Source: Candidatus Omnitrophota bacterium (GTDB taxonomy: Bacteria > Omnitrophota > Gorgyraeia > JABMRN01 > RBG-13-46-9). From it: a stretch of 62,098 bases of DNA. The notes under the pieces are model-generated. The model searched no databases. It had not been told where the DNA came from and was given only the letters and a program-made list of their open reading frames with translations. Shown piece by piece: positions 26,014 to 34,672 of the stretch (positions are counted from its first letter, which is position 1; every line of letters begins with the position of its first letter). The position numbers and the translations under genes were made by a program. Location of the stretch: NCBI GenBank assembly GCA_024542975.1, contig JAMXCZ010000002.1, forward strand, positions 1 through 62,098. The letters are read 5' to 3'.

Positions 26014-26721
26014 ATGGTAGCTAAAAATAAGTGGCTTGTAGGTATTGTTATAAGTCTAATTGGAATTGCTTTAGGTGTAGTGGGAATTGTTAAATTTAGC
26101 AGCATATTTTTTCAAAGAACAACAAATGGTGATTCCATTGTAATTAGTACAGGTGATATAATTGGAAATCCAATTTTTAACTTTAGTCGTCCAGCAGGTG
26201 TAGCCGATGTTAGCTCAAGAGAGCTGGGCAAATTAAAAGAAAAAATCGAAGAACTAGAAAGCTATAGAGGCTCTTTTCCAAATAGACCAAAATTGGCCAT
26301 CGCAAATCCTCGAGTAACAATGATAAATTACACAGCAGATGTTGTTCCCGCAGGTCTTGTAAAAGGTGGTTTCGAAATAACGTTTTTTAACATAGGGGGA
26401 GTTGAAGCCAAAGACTTAGTTACTAAATGGACAATAGTTGACAACGGAAGAAGAATTACTGGATTAAATGAGTGGCTTACAGAATACTTAGGACAACGCC
26501 CATTAGTCATTAAGAACATCCCTTCAGAAAATGCAAGAAGTTTAAAATACGTCCCGGATATGACAACTTATGGAAAAGGAAAAATAGCACTCACGCTCGA
26601 TTATAGCTATATCAATGCAAATACAGGCGAAACCTATTCGGAACGATATAAAGGGTTTGTTCTTTATGAAATACCCAAAGATAATAAACCAATAGACTAT
26701 AATTTCTCAAAATTGCAATAG
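26014..26721 (+). CDS. N-terminally membrane-anchored protein of unknown function (island protein B)
   Basis: TM helix WLVGIVISLIGIALGVVGIV. The C-terminal domain has RPKLAI...ITFFNIGGVEAKDL...LDYSY...EI. Confidence 0.5.
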   Translation: MVAKNKWLVGIVISLIGIALGVVGIVKFSSIFFQRTTNGDSIVISTGDIIGNPIFNFSRPAGVADVSSRELGKLKEKIEELESYRGSFPNRPKLAIANPRVTMINYTADVVPAGLVKGGFEITFFNIGGVEAKDLVTKWTIVDNGRRITGLNEWLTEYLGQRPLVIKNIPSENARSLKYVPDMTTYGKGKIALTLDYSYINANTGETYSERYKGFVLYEIPKDNKPIDYNFSKLQ

Positions 26722-26750
26722 TAGGCAAATCCAGTGGGTTTATCAAAAAT

Positions 26751-27524
26751 ATGAAAATAACTTTGACCTTCATAATTGGCTTTTTAATCGGAAGTTTAGT
26801 CATACATAAATTATTTGTAACAAAAAAAGCATTTAGAAATAAAGTACGAATACGAATTAGAGAAATTATAACTGTGGCAAGTATAATAGCTGCTATTTGT
26901 TTTTCTGGTTTTCAGGCGCATTTTTTACGTAGAGATTTCGTAGTGAGGAATAGACCATATATAACAATTAAGAAGAAGAGTGATGAGCATTCTACAAAAG
27001 AACACGAAGATCGATTATTAAACAGTAGAAATAGATATTTAATCGATGTAGGATTAGATGAAGATGAAAAAGCAGAATTTATAAACTCCCCTATTTCCTT
27101 TACAAATGTAGGTAAGACACCCGCTAAAATAGAACTGGTTGAATGTACTATTGGTAAATACGATCCAAACACGCATTATACCAGTGAAATTTTATATTCT
27201 ATAAGATTCCATAAAAATGAATTTGGTGTTGTAAAAAGAAAAAATGTTATTTTTCCAGGAGAGCATTGTTATTATGAAATGAAAATCAAACAAATTCTCG
27301 AACCCAATCCCTTAAAAAAAGATTATAATAAAAGAAGGAAAGAAATATATGAAGAATTAAAGAGAAGCATAGAAGAAAAACATTTATTTCTTGTAGTAAC
27401 AGTTGAATATACTTTTTATGATGAACATAGAATTGGTAAGCCGAGGCCCTATTATACAAGAAAGGTTTGGGAAATATCTCCTCAGTATAAAAATATTGAA
27501 ACATATCATTATGACATGGAATAG
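26751..27524 (+). CDS. 2-TM membrane protein of unknown function, distant paralog of island protein B
   Basis: RPYITI...ISFTNVGKTPAKIEL...VEYTFYD...EI parallels the motifs of 26014..26721. Confidence 0.5.
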   Translation: MKITLTFIIGFLIGSLVIHKLFVTKKAFRNKVRIRIREIITVASIIAAICFSGFQAHFLRRDFVVRNRPYITIKKKSDEHSTKEHEDRLLNSRNRYLIDVGLDEDEKAEFINSPISFTNVGKTPAKIELVECTIGKYDPNTHYTSEILYSIRFHKNEFGVVKRKNVIFPGEHCYYEMKIKQILEPNPLKKDYNKRRKEIYEELKRSIEEKHLFLVVTVEYTFYDEHRIGKPRPYYTRKVWEISPQYKNIETYHYDME

Positions 27525-27615
27525 CTTAGGAGCAGAAATTTATTGTTCTAACCAATACCAAAGTAATGATTGGGGAATTCGAAGGACACAGCACTCAATT
27601 ATTAAAGGCTTAAAA

Positions 27616-27628
27616 TGAGGATTTAAGG
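27616..27628 (+). repeat. 13-bp direct repeat TGAGGATTTAAGG, right copy (supplies the hisI SD)
   Basis: Identical to 25211-25223. Confidence 0.9.
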
Positions 27629-27635
27629 AGATATC

Positions 27636-28013
27636 ATGATTAACAAGTTAAATTTTGGAAAAGATGGGCTTATTCCCGCAATCATACAGGATCATAAAAC
27701 GGGCAAGGTGCTTACGCTTTGCTACATGGACAAAAGCGCTTTGGAGAAAACGCTGGAAGCTGGCAGGATCTATGTTTTCAGGCGCTCAAAGGGAAGGATA
27801 ATGCTTAAAGGCGAAACTTCGGGGTGCACCCAGACCGTAAAAGAGGTCTTTGTAGATTGCGCGGATAACTCGCTGCTTTTCAAGGTCGAACAAAAAAAGG
27901 CTGCCTGTCACAAAGGGTATTTTACCTGTTTCTTCAGGCGGATTAAAAAAGACGATTGCTGTGAGGTTACGGAAAAACGGGTATTTAACCCGGACGAAGT
28001 GTATAAAAAATAA
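27636..28013 (+). CDS. hisI: phosphoribosyl-AMP cyclohydrolase
   Basis: GLIPAIIQDHKTGKVLTLCYMDKSALEKTLE.G...F.RSKGR...KGETSG. Confidence 0.9.
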   Translation: MINKLNFGKDGLIPAIIQDHKTGKVLTLCYMDKSALEKTLEAGRIYVFRRSKGRIMLKGETSGCTQTVKEVFVDCADNSLLFKVEQKKAACHKGYFTCFFRRIKKDDCCEVTEKRVFNPDEVYKK

Positions 28014-28045
28014 AGCGTATAGCGTATAGCTTAAAGCTTATAGCT
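28011..28045 (+). repeat. 5 tandem heptamers, TAAAGCG TATAGCG TATAGCT TAAAGCT TATAGCT (hisI stop to trpE start)
   Basis: Read directly from the sequence. No SD lies before the trpE ATG at 28053. Confidence 0.85.
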
Positions 28046-28052
28046 GGTTATT

Positions 28053-29534
28053 ATGTATTACCCGAGCAAGAAAGAATTTATAAAACTCTCCCGGAAGGGG
28101 AATCTCATCCCTGTCTACAGGGAAGTGCTGGCGGATTTCGAAACGCCGCTTTCGGCTTTTGCGCAGATAGACGAAGGAGAATTTTCCTACCTTCTGGAAT
28201 CTGTGGAAGGCGGCGAGAGAATCGCGCGATACTCCTTCCTTGGGAGCAAGCCCTCCATGATTTTTATGAGCAAAGGGAGGGAAGTTACCATTTTGGACGG
28301 AAAAAGGAAAAAGGTTTTCCGGGCGAAAGTCGGCCCGCTTGCCGAGATTAAAAAGCTGATGGAGAAATTCAAGTATGTGCCCTCAAGCGCCCTTCCGAGA
28401 TTTTGCGGGGGGCTGGTAGGTTACATGGCATACGATACGGTAAGATTTTTTGAAAAATTACCGGACAAAACGAAAGATGATCTGAAAGTGCCGGACTCCA
28501 TATTTATGCTGACAGACACAATACTCATATTTGACCACGTGGACCGCAAGATAAAGATCGTCTCCAACGCCCTTATTGAAAAAGATGCAACTTCGGCGTA
28601 TGAGGCGGCTATCCGAAAAATCGAGAAAATAGTAAAAAGACTCGAGATAAAACATCCCGCGCCTTTGGATACCGCGAGGCAAAAAAAACCATCCCGCAAA
28701 TCGCCGCTTAGATCAAATTTCACAAAGCGGCAGTTCGGGCAAATCGTAGAAAAAGCCAAGAAGTACATAGCAGCAGGTGACATTATACAAGTCGTTCTTT
28801 CGCAGCGGCTTAAGACGGATATCAAGTGCAAGCCTTTTGACATATACAGGGCGCTCCGGAGCATAAATCCGTCTCCTTACATGTTCTATCTTAAATGCGG
28901 GGAAATGTGCCTTGTGGGGTCGTCGCCCGAGATCATGGTACGATGCGAGGACGGGAAGGTGGAGCTCCGGCCGATAGCAGGGACGAGGCCCAGAGGTAAG
29001 AATGATGATGAAGACAGAAGGCTTGCCAGGGAGCTTTTGTGCGACCCGAAGGAAAGAGCGGAGCACATAATGCTCGTTGACCTCGGAAGGAATGATGTGG
29101 GCAGGGTCTGTAAGTTTGATAGCGTAAAGGTGCCGGAATTTATGACAGTCGAAAAATATTCGCACGTTATGCATATCGTGAGCGACGTCTCTGGCACTCT
29201 CGAGCGGGGGAAAGACATATACGACGTTGTGCGGGCCTCGTTTCCGGCAGGCACCGTGACGGGGGCGCCGAAGATACGCGCAATGGAGATAATCGACGAA
29301 CTCGAAAATACGAAAAGGGGCGTATACGCAGGAAGCGTAGGATATTTCAGTTTTTCGGGTAATCTGGATACGGGAATAGCGATTCGCACCATCATGGTCA
29401 AGGGTAAGACAGCCTACATCCAGGCAGGGGCCGGCATCGTAGCTGACTCAAATCCGGCCCGCGAGTATACAGAAACGCTGAATAAAGCCAAAGCAATGCT
29501 TAAAGCCATAGAACAGGCAGAGGCAGGCTTGTAA
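28053..29534 (+). CDS. trpE: anthranilate synthase component I
   Basis: Conserved chorismate-binding C-terminal half: [21 protein letters not shown]. Confidence 0.95.
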   Translation: MYYPSKKEFIKLSRKGNLIPVYREVLADFETPLSAFAQIDEGEFSYLLESVEGGERIARYSFLGSKPSMIFMSKGREVTILDGKRKKVFRAKVGPLAEIKKLMEKFKYVPSSALPRFCGGLVGYMAYDTVRFFEKLPDKTKDDLKVPDSIFMLTDTILIFDHVDRKIKIVSNALIEKDATSAYEAAIRKIEKIVKRLEIKHPAPLDTARQKKPSRKSPLRSNFTKRQFGQIVEKAKKYIAAGDIIQVVLSQRLKTDIKCKPFDIYRALRSINPSPYMFYLKCGEMCLVGSSPEIMVRCEDGKVELRPIAGTRPRGKNDDEDRRLARELLCDPKERAEHIMLVDLGRNDVGRVCKFDSVKVPEFMTVEKYSHVMHIVSDVSGTLERGKDIYDVVRASFPAGTVTGAPKIRAMEIIDELENTKRGVYAGSVGYFSFSGNLDTGIAIRTIMVKGKTAYIQAGAGIVADSNPAREYTETLNKAKAMLKAIEQAEAGL

Positions 29535-29563
29535 CGGTCTTGGGGAAGGCGTGGAGGTTTAGG

Positions 29564-30127
29564 GTGGTTTTAGTTATTGATAATTATGATTCGTTTACTT
29601 ACAACCTGGTTCAGTATCTGGGGGAGCTTGGGGCGAAGCCCTATGTTTCGCGGAACGACGTAATTACTCTTCGCGAGATAAGGAAAATGCGGCCGGGGAA
29701 GATTATTATTTCGCCCGGGCCGGGGACGCCCGAGGACGCGGGCATTTCTAACGATGTGATCCGGGAATTTTCCGGTAAGATTCCTATTTTGGGGGTTTGC
29801 CTGGGGCACCAATGCATAGGTGAGGTTTTTGGCGGAAAAATAGTGAGAGCCCGGCGCATAATGCACGGGAAGACCTCACATGTCTACCATAATGGCAAGA
29901 CGATCTTTAAGGATGTTGCAAATCCTTTTGAGGCGACGCGTTACCACTCTCTTATAATAAAGCGCGCCTCTTTACCGAAGGCCCTCGAAGTTACCGCTGA
30001 GACAAAAAGAAGAGAGATCATGGCCGTAAGGCATACAAGCCACCCGACGTGGGGTGTGCAGTTTCATCCGGAGTCAATTCTGACTTCGGAAGGGAAGAAA
30101 ATCTTGTTGAACTTCTTGAAAAATTAG
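29564..30127 (+). CDS. trpG: anthranilate synthase component II (glutamine amidotransferase)
   Basis: (V)[34 protein letters not shown] 29564 lies 6 nt after GGAGG. The track start TTG 29540 was rejected. Confidence 0.9.
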   Translation: MVLVIDNYDSFTYNLVQYLGELGAKPYVSRNDVITLREIRKMRPGKIIISPGPGTPEDAGISNDVIREFSGKIPILGVCLGHQCIGEVFGGKIVRARRIMHGKTSHVYHNGKTIFKDVANPFEATRYHSLIIKRASLPKALEVTAETKRREIMAVRHTSHPTWGVQFHPESILTSEGKKILLNFLKN

Positions 30128-30158
30128 CCGTAAGCTTTAAGCTATAAGCTGTAAGCAA
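30124..30158 (+). repeat. 5 tandem heptamers, TTAGCCG TAAGCTT TAAGCTA TAAGCTG TAAGCAA (trpG stop to trpD start)
   Basis: Read directly from the sequence. No SD lies before the trpD ATG at 30158. Confidence 0.85.
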
Positions 30159-31177
30159 TGATTAAAGAAACGATAAAAAAAATAAGAAAGAAAGAAAACC
30201 TTTCCAGAGAGGAAATGCAGGCGGTTTTTGAAGAGATCATGAGAGGGAAGTTGCCGGCCGGGGCAATAGCCGATTTTCTTGTCAGTCTTAAGAGTAAGAA
30301 GGAAACCGTCGAGGAGATAACGGGCGCTGCGCTTATCATGCGAAAGTTTGCCACAAAAATAAACCCAAAAAACAAGGAGCTTCTCGACACATGCGGCACA
30401 GGGGGAGACTCCTCAGGTACGTTCAATATCTCGACAACAAGCGCATTCGTTGCTTGCGGCGCCGGTTGCGTAGTTGCCAAACACGGCAACAAGGCCGTAT
30501 CCTCAAGTTCCGGAAGCGCTGACGTTCTCGAGGCGCTTGGCGTAAACCTGGACGTCGACAATACCACAGTCGAGGAGTGCATTGATAAAATAGGAATAGG
30601 CTTCCTCTTTGCGCCGAAGCTCCATCTTGCGATGAAATACGCAATGCCGGCGCGAAAAATGATAAAGACACGCTCAATATTCAATATTTTAGGCCCGCTT
30701 ACCAATCCGGCCGGCGCAAAGTTCCAGCTTCTGGGGGTTTACGAAGAAGGCCTTGTGGACATTGTGGCGCGAGTCCTTAAAAATTTGGGTTCAAAACGCG
30801 CAATGGTGGTTTGCGGAAAAGACGGCCTGGATGAGATAACAACAACCGATGAAACCGTAGCGGCGGAGCTCAAAGACGGTGAAATCGTAAAGTATATTAT
30901 AAAACCGGAGAAGTTCAAACTGAGGCGAGCACGAAAAAATGATTTAAAAGGCGGTGACGCACGCGACAACGCGAAGATCACGCTTGATGTGCTGAATGGA
31001 GCAAAAGGCCCGAAGCGCGATATCGTTACGCTAAACGCCGGAGCCGCGATCTACGTTGCAGGGCTTGCGGGCACATTAGAGGACGGGATCGGAAAAGCCG
31101 AAAAATCCATTGATTCGGGCGCATCATTAGAAAAATTGAATAAACTAAAGGAGCTAACAAACAATAAAAAAGCTTAA
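30158..31177 (+). CDS. trpD: anthranilate phosphoribosyltransferase
   Basis: DTCGTGGDSSGTFNISTTSAFV...VAKHGN. Confidence 0.93.
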   Translation: MIKETIKKIRKKENLSREEMQAVFEEIMRGKLPAGAIADFLVSLKSKKETVEEITGAALIMRKFATKINPKNKELLDTCGTGGDSSGTFNISTTSAFVACGAGCVVAKHGNKAVSSSSGSADVLEALGVNLDVDNTTVEECIDKIGIGFLFAPKLHLAMKYAMPARKMIKTRSIFNILGPLTNPAGAKFQLLGVYEEGLVDIVARVLKNLGSKRAMVVCGKDGLDEITTTDETVAAELKDGEIVKYIIKPEKFKLRRARKNDLKGGDARDNAKITLDVLNGAKGPKRDIVTLNAGAAIYVAGLAGTLEDGIGKAEKSIDSGASLEKLNKLKELTNNKKA

Positions 31178-31191
31178 AGCTTATAGCTGAT
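31171..31191 (+). repeat. 3 tandem heptamers, AGCTTAA AGCTTAT AGCTGAT (trpD stop to trpC start)
   Basis: The 19-mer AGCTTAAAGCTTATAGCTG (31171-31189) is identical to 28028-28046. No SD lies before the trpC ATG at 31193. Confidence 0.85.
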
Positions 31192-31192
31192 C

Positions 31193-31969
31193 ATGATCCT
31201 ATCAAAAATAATAAACGAAAAACGAAAAACGATCGAAAAGTCCCGGATTAAGATGCCTGAACAGAAGCTTAAGGAACTTGCGGGCAAAATTTATTTAAAA
31301 AGCTCTTTTAAACGAAATATCGCGCGCCCCCACCACATAAATTTAATTGCGGAACTCAAAAAAGCTACGCCCCAGAGGGGGATCATAAGAGGGGATTTCA
31401 ACCCGATAAAAATCGCCCTGACGTATCAGGCAGGCGGCGCGAGCGCGCTTTCGATAATCACCGATGAGAGATTTTTTGAAGGCCGCATAAATACCTTAAA
31501 AGAGCTCAGGGGGAAGGTGACTATTCCCCTTCTCAGGAAGGATTTCATAATCGACGAATATCAGATTTACGAGTCACTCTACTACGGGGCGGACGCTATT
31601 TTACTCATAGCCCAGATATTGACGGATGAAGAGCTCGCGCATTTCTACAAGTTGTCAAAGGAGCTCGGGATGGACGTTTTGATGGAAGTTCATAATGAGG
31701 AGGACGTAGAAAAAGTCCTGAGGACCGGGGCTTCCATAATCGGCATAAACAACAGGGATCTCAATACGTTCAGGGTAGATCTCGCAACTACGCAGAGGCT
31801 GGTAAGGCTTATACCCGAAAGCAAGGTCAAGGTCTCCGAAAGCGGCATAAAGACATACGAGGACGTGATGTTTTTGAAGAGCCTGGGTATAAACGCCGTT
31901 TTAATCGGTGAAGCGTTCATGTTAGCGGACGATATCGCCGCAAAAATGCGCGAAATCATGCGATATTAA
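31193..31969 (+). CDS. trpC: indole-3-glycerol phosphate synthase
   Basis: IAELKKATPQRG.I, LRKDFIIDEYQI, GINNRDL. Confidence 0.92.
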   Translation: MILSKIINEKRKTIEKSRIKMPEQKLKELAGKIYLKSSFKRNIARPHHINLIAELKKATPQRGIIRGDFNPIKIALTYQAGGASALSIITDERFFEGRINTLKELRGKVTIPLLRKDFIIDEYQIYESLYYGADAILLIAQILTDEELAHFYKLSKELGMDVLMEVHNEEDVEKVLRTGASIIGINNRDLNTFRVDLATTQRLVRLIPESKVKVSESGIKTYEDVMFLKSLGINAVLIGEAFMLADDIAAKMREIMRY

Positions 31970-31986
31970 TATGTCATCCCCGCTTC

Positions 31987-32060
31987 CCCTGTCATTCCCG
32001 CGAAAGCGGGAATCCATGGATGCTCTAATCTGGATTCCCGCTTTCGCGGGAATGACAGGG
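31987..32060. repeat. inverted pair of REP-like palindromic units (30-bp perfect arms, 14-nt spacer)
   Basis: CCCTGTCATTCCCGCGAAAGCGGGAATCCA (31987-32016) is complementary to TGGATTCCCGCTTTCGCGGGAATGACAGGG (32031-32060). Each unit is itself a TTCCCGC-GAAA-GCGGGAA hairpin. Confidence 0.9.
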
Positions 32061-32080
32061 ATTCGAGGTTTGGTGCTACT

Positions 32081-32713
32081 ATGGTAAAAGTTAAAATCTG
32101 CGGGATTTGCAATCTAACGGATGCTCTCGAGGCCTATAAGCTGGGGGCTGATTTTCTGGGGTTTGTATTTTTTCAGAATAGCCCGAGGAAGCTCGAACCT
32201 GACGAGGCGCGCCTTATAATACGGGAACTTCCGAAAAATGTCTTAAAGGTGGGGCTCTTTCTTGACCAGGATTTAAACGAGGTGCATGCTGCGGCTTCGA
32301 AGTGCGGCCTTGATTTTCTGCAGCTGCACGGAAATGAGGATCCCGGGTATTGCGCCAGGCTTAAAAAAGATTTCAAAATTATAAAATCGTTCAGGGTAAA
32401 AGATAAAGCGAGCGTAGAGCGCGCAAGCGATTATAACGTTTGCGATCATTATCTGTTTGATACGTATGTGAAAGGCGTGCCCGGGGGGACCGGGGTAAGT
32501 TTTGACTGGGATATTTTAACCGGCAGGACATTCAAAAGGCCTATATTTCTCGCAGGAGGCCTTACGCCAAAAAATGTGGGCGAGGCGGTAACGAAGATAA
32601 AGCCCTACGCGGTGGATGTCGCAAGCGGCGTTGAAGAATCTCCCGGCAAAAAAAACCACAAACTTTTAAAGGAGTTTATAGAAAATGCGAAAAAAGCCGA
32701 GTTTACCCGATAA
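32081..32713 (+). CDS. trpF: phosphoribosylanthranilate isomerase
   Basis: VKICGI...DAL.A...GADFLGFVF...SPR. Confidence 0.9.
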   Translation: MVKVKICGICNLTDALEAYKLGADFLGFVFFQNSPRKLEPDEARLIIRELPKNVLKVGLFLDQDLNEVHAAASKCGLDFLQLHGNEDPGYCARLKKDFKIIKSFRVKDKASVERASDYNVCDHYLFDTYVKGVPGGTGVSFDWDILTGRTFKRPIFLAGGLTPKNVGEAVTKIKPYAVDVASGVEESPGKKNHKLLKEFIENAKKAEFTR

Positions 32714-33881
32714 AAAGGGATATTTCAACGAATTCGGGGGAAAATTTGTTCCCGAGACGCTTATGTGCGCGCTCTCCGAACTCGAATCCGAGCTAAGAGA
32801 TGCCTTTAAGGACAAAAAATTCCTGCGGGAACTCGACTATTATCTTAAAGAATACGCGGGGCGCCCGACACCTCTATATTTCGCCGAACACCTTACGAAA
32901 AAACTGGGCGGCGCAAAAATTTATCTGAAACGTGAAGACCTCGCCCACACGGGAGCGCACAAAATAAATAACACGCTCGGCCAGGCGCTTCTTGCCAAAA
33001 GAATGGGGAAGCACCGCTTAATCGCCGAAACGGGCGCGGGCCAGCACGGCGTTGCTACCGCAACGGTAGCTGCGATGTTCGGATTTACCTGCGACATATA
33101 TATGGGGACGGAGGATATAACCCGCCAGGCCTTGAATGTCTACAGGATGAAGCTTATGGGCGCGCGCGTAGTCCCTGTGGATTCGGGTTCGCGGACGCTC
33201 AAGGACGCGACAAACGAGGCCATACGCGATTGGGTTACCAACGTGAAAGATACGCACTACGTGCTGGGTTCGGTGGTGGGCCCGCATCCGTATCCCTTCA
33301 TGGTAAGGGAGTTTCAATCGGTTATAGGAAAAGAGGCGAGAGCGCAGATTCTAAAAGCGGAGGGCGCGCTCCCCGATTTTCTCGTAGCGTGCGTTGGGGG
33401 CGGCAGCAATTCGATCGGACTTTTCCATCCGTTTTTCAATGATAAAAAAGTGAAATTTATAGGCGTGGAAGCCGCGGGGAAGGGCCTCAACTCGAAGCAT
33501 CACGCCGCGACCCTGCTTAAAGGCGAAATAGGGGTGCTCCACGGCTCGAAAAGCTATCTCCTGCAGAACACCGACGGCCAGGTGAATATTGCGCACTCGA
33601 TTTCGGCGGGGCTGGATTATCCCGGAGTCGGCCCGGAACATTCGTATTATAAAAAAACAGGCAGGGCAAAATACGAAGCTGTCACCGACAGGGACGCTCT
33701 TAGGGGCTTCAGGCTACTATCCGAATCGGAAGGCATAATACCCGCCATGGAGCCTTCGCATGCGATACATTATGTCTCTAAATTCGCAGCGAAACTAAGC
33801 AGAAAAAAAGTGATTATCCTTTGCCTCTCAGGGCGCGGCGATAAGGATATTGACATAGCAAAGGAGTATATTAAGCTATGA
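32685..33881 (+). CDS. trpB: tryptophan synthase beta chain
   Basis: [34 protein letters not shown]. Confidence 0.96.
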   Translation: MRKKPSLPDKKGYFNEFGGKFVPETLMCALSELESELRDAFKDKKFLRELDYYLKEYAGRPTPLYFAEHLTKKLGGAKIYLKREDLAHTGAHKINNTLGQALLAKRMGKHRLIAETGAGQHGVATATVAAMFGFTCDIYMGTEDITRQALNVYRMKLMGARVVPVDSGSRTLKDATNEAIRDWVTNVKDTHYVLGSVVGPHPYPFMVREFQSVIGKEARAQILKAEGALPDFLVACVGGGSNSIGLFHPFFNDKKVKFIGVEAAGKGLNSKHHAATLLKGEIGVLHGSKSYLLQNTDGQVNIAHSISAGLDYPGVGPEHSYYKKTGRAKYEAVTDRDALRGFRLLSESEGIIPAMEPSHAIHYVSKFAAKLSRKKVIILCLSGRGDKDIDIAKEYIKL

Positions 33882-34672
33882 ACAGGATAGACATATTATT
33901 CAGGGATCTCAAGAAAAGGCGTAGAAAAGCGCTCATCGTCTATATAGCAGCCGGCGACCCCGGTATCAGTGCTACAGAGCGTTTCATTCATGAATTGGAA
34001 GGGTGCGGGGTTGATTTGATCGAACTTGGCATACCGTTTTCCGACCCATTAGCCGATGGGCCGACTATCCAGCGCGCCTCCGAGCGCGCGCTTTCTAAGG
34101 GTGTGAATATACGTACGATCTTGGCAATGGTGCGGCGCGCGCGAAAAAAAGCGGGGCTTCCAATCGTCTTTATGACTTACTATAACCTTGTGTTGCATTA
34201 CGGCATAAAAAAATTTATAAGTAACGCTAAAAATGCGGGAGCGGACGGCATAATAATCCCGGATTTACCCCCGGAAGAAGGCTCGACGCTTATAGAGGAA
34301 TCGAGAAAGAAGGATTTTGCCGCAATTTTTCTCGCCGCTCCCACAAGCACAAAAGAGAGGCTACGGGCTATAGCAAATAAGACAAGCGGGTTCCTGTATT
34401 ATGTCTCTTTAACGGGCACAACGGGCGCAAGAGCCAGGCTCCCGGGCGAGGTAGCTAAAAAGGTGAAAGCCATAAAGCGCCTTACGAAAAAACCCGTGTG
34501 CGTGGGGTTCGGCATTTCAGGCCCCGAACAGGCGGGAAAAATATCGCGCTCTTCGGACGGAGTGATCGTAGGACGCGCGGTCATAAAAGTTATAGAGAAA
34601 AATTTGGGAAAAAGTGATTTGCATAAGAAGGTAATCAGTTTTGTAAAAAGCCTGGAGAGAGCAGTGCATTGA
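33878..34672 (+). CDS. trpA: tryptophan synthase alpha chain
   Basis: [41 protein letters not shown]. Confidence 0.93.
   Translation: MNRIDILFRDLKKRRRKALIVYIAAGDPGISATERFIHELEGCGVDLIELGIPFSDPLADGPTIQRASERALSKGVNIRTILAMVRRARKKAGLPIVFMTYYNLVLHYGIKKFISNAKNAGADGIIIPDLPPEEGSTLIEESRKKDFAAIFLAAPTSTKERLRAIANKTSGFLYYVSLTGTTGARARLPGEVAKKVKAIKRLTKKPVCVGFGISGPEQAGKISRSSDGVIVGRAVIKVIEKNLGKSDLHKKVISFVKSLERAVH

Larger units (their letters stand above)
25224..27615 (+). mobile_element. AT-rich 2.4-kb insertion between hisF and hisI, with no recognisable mobility gene
   Basis: It is bounded by the 13-bp direct repeat. Base composition is visibly more AT-rich than the flanks. Removing it restores hisF-TAAGGAGatatcATG-hisI. 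Confidence 0.6.

Noticed and set aside
25224-27615. Insertion sequence or prophage remnant as an explanation for the island.
   Set aside because: I could identify no transposase or integrase ORF on either strand, no convincing terminal inverted repeats, and no phage-like genes. Only the 13-bp direct repeat and the compositional shift support mobility.
28011-28045. Heptamer arrays as a canonical TRAP binding site or a mini-CRISPR/microsatellite.
   Set aside because: TRAP sites have (G/U)AG triplets separated by 2-3 nt, giving a 5-6 nt period. Here the period is strictly 7, and there are only 3-5 units. There are no spacers, so it is not CRISPR. It is reported as a distinct phenomenon instead.
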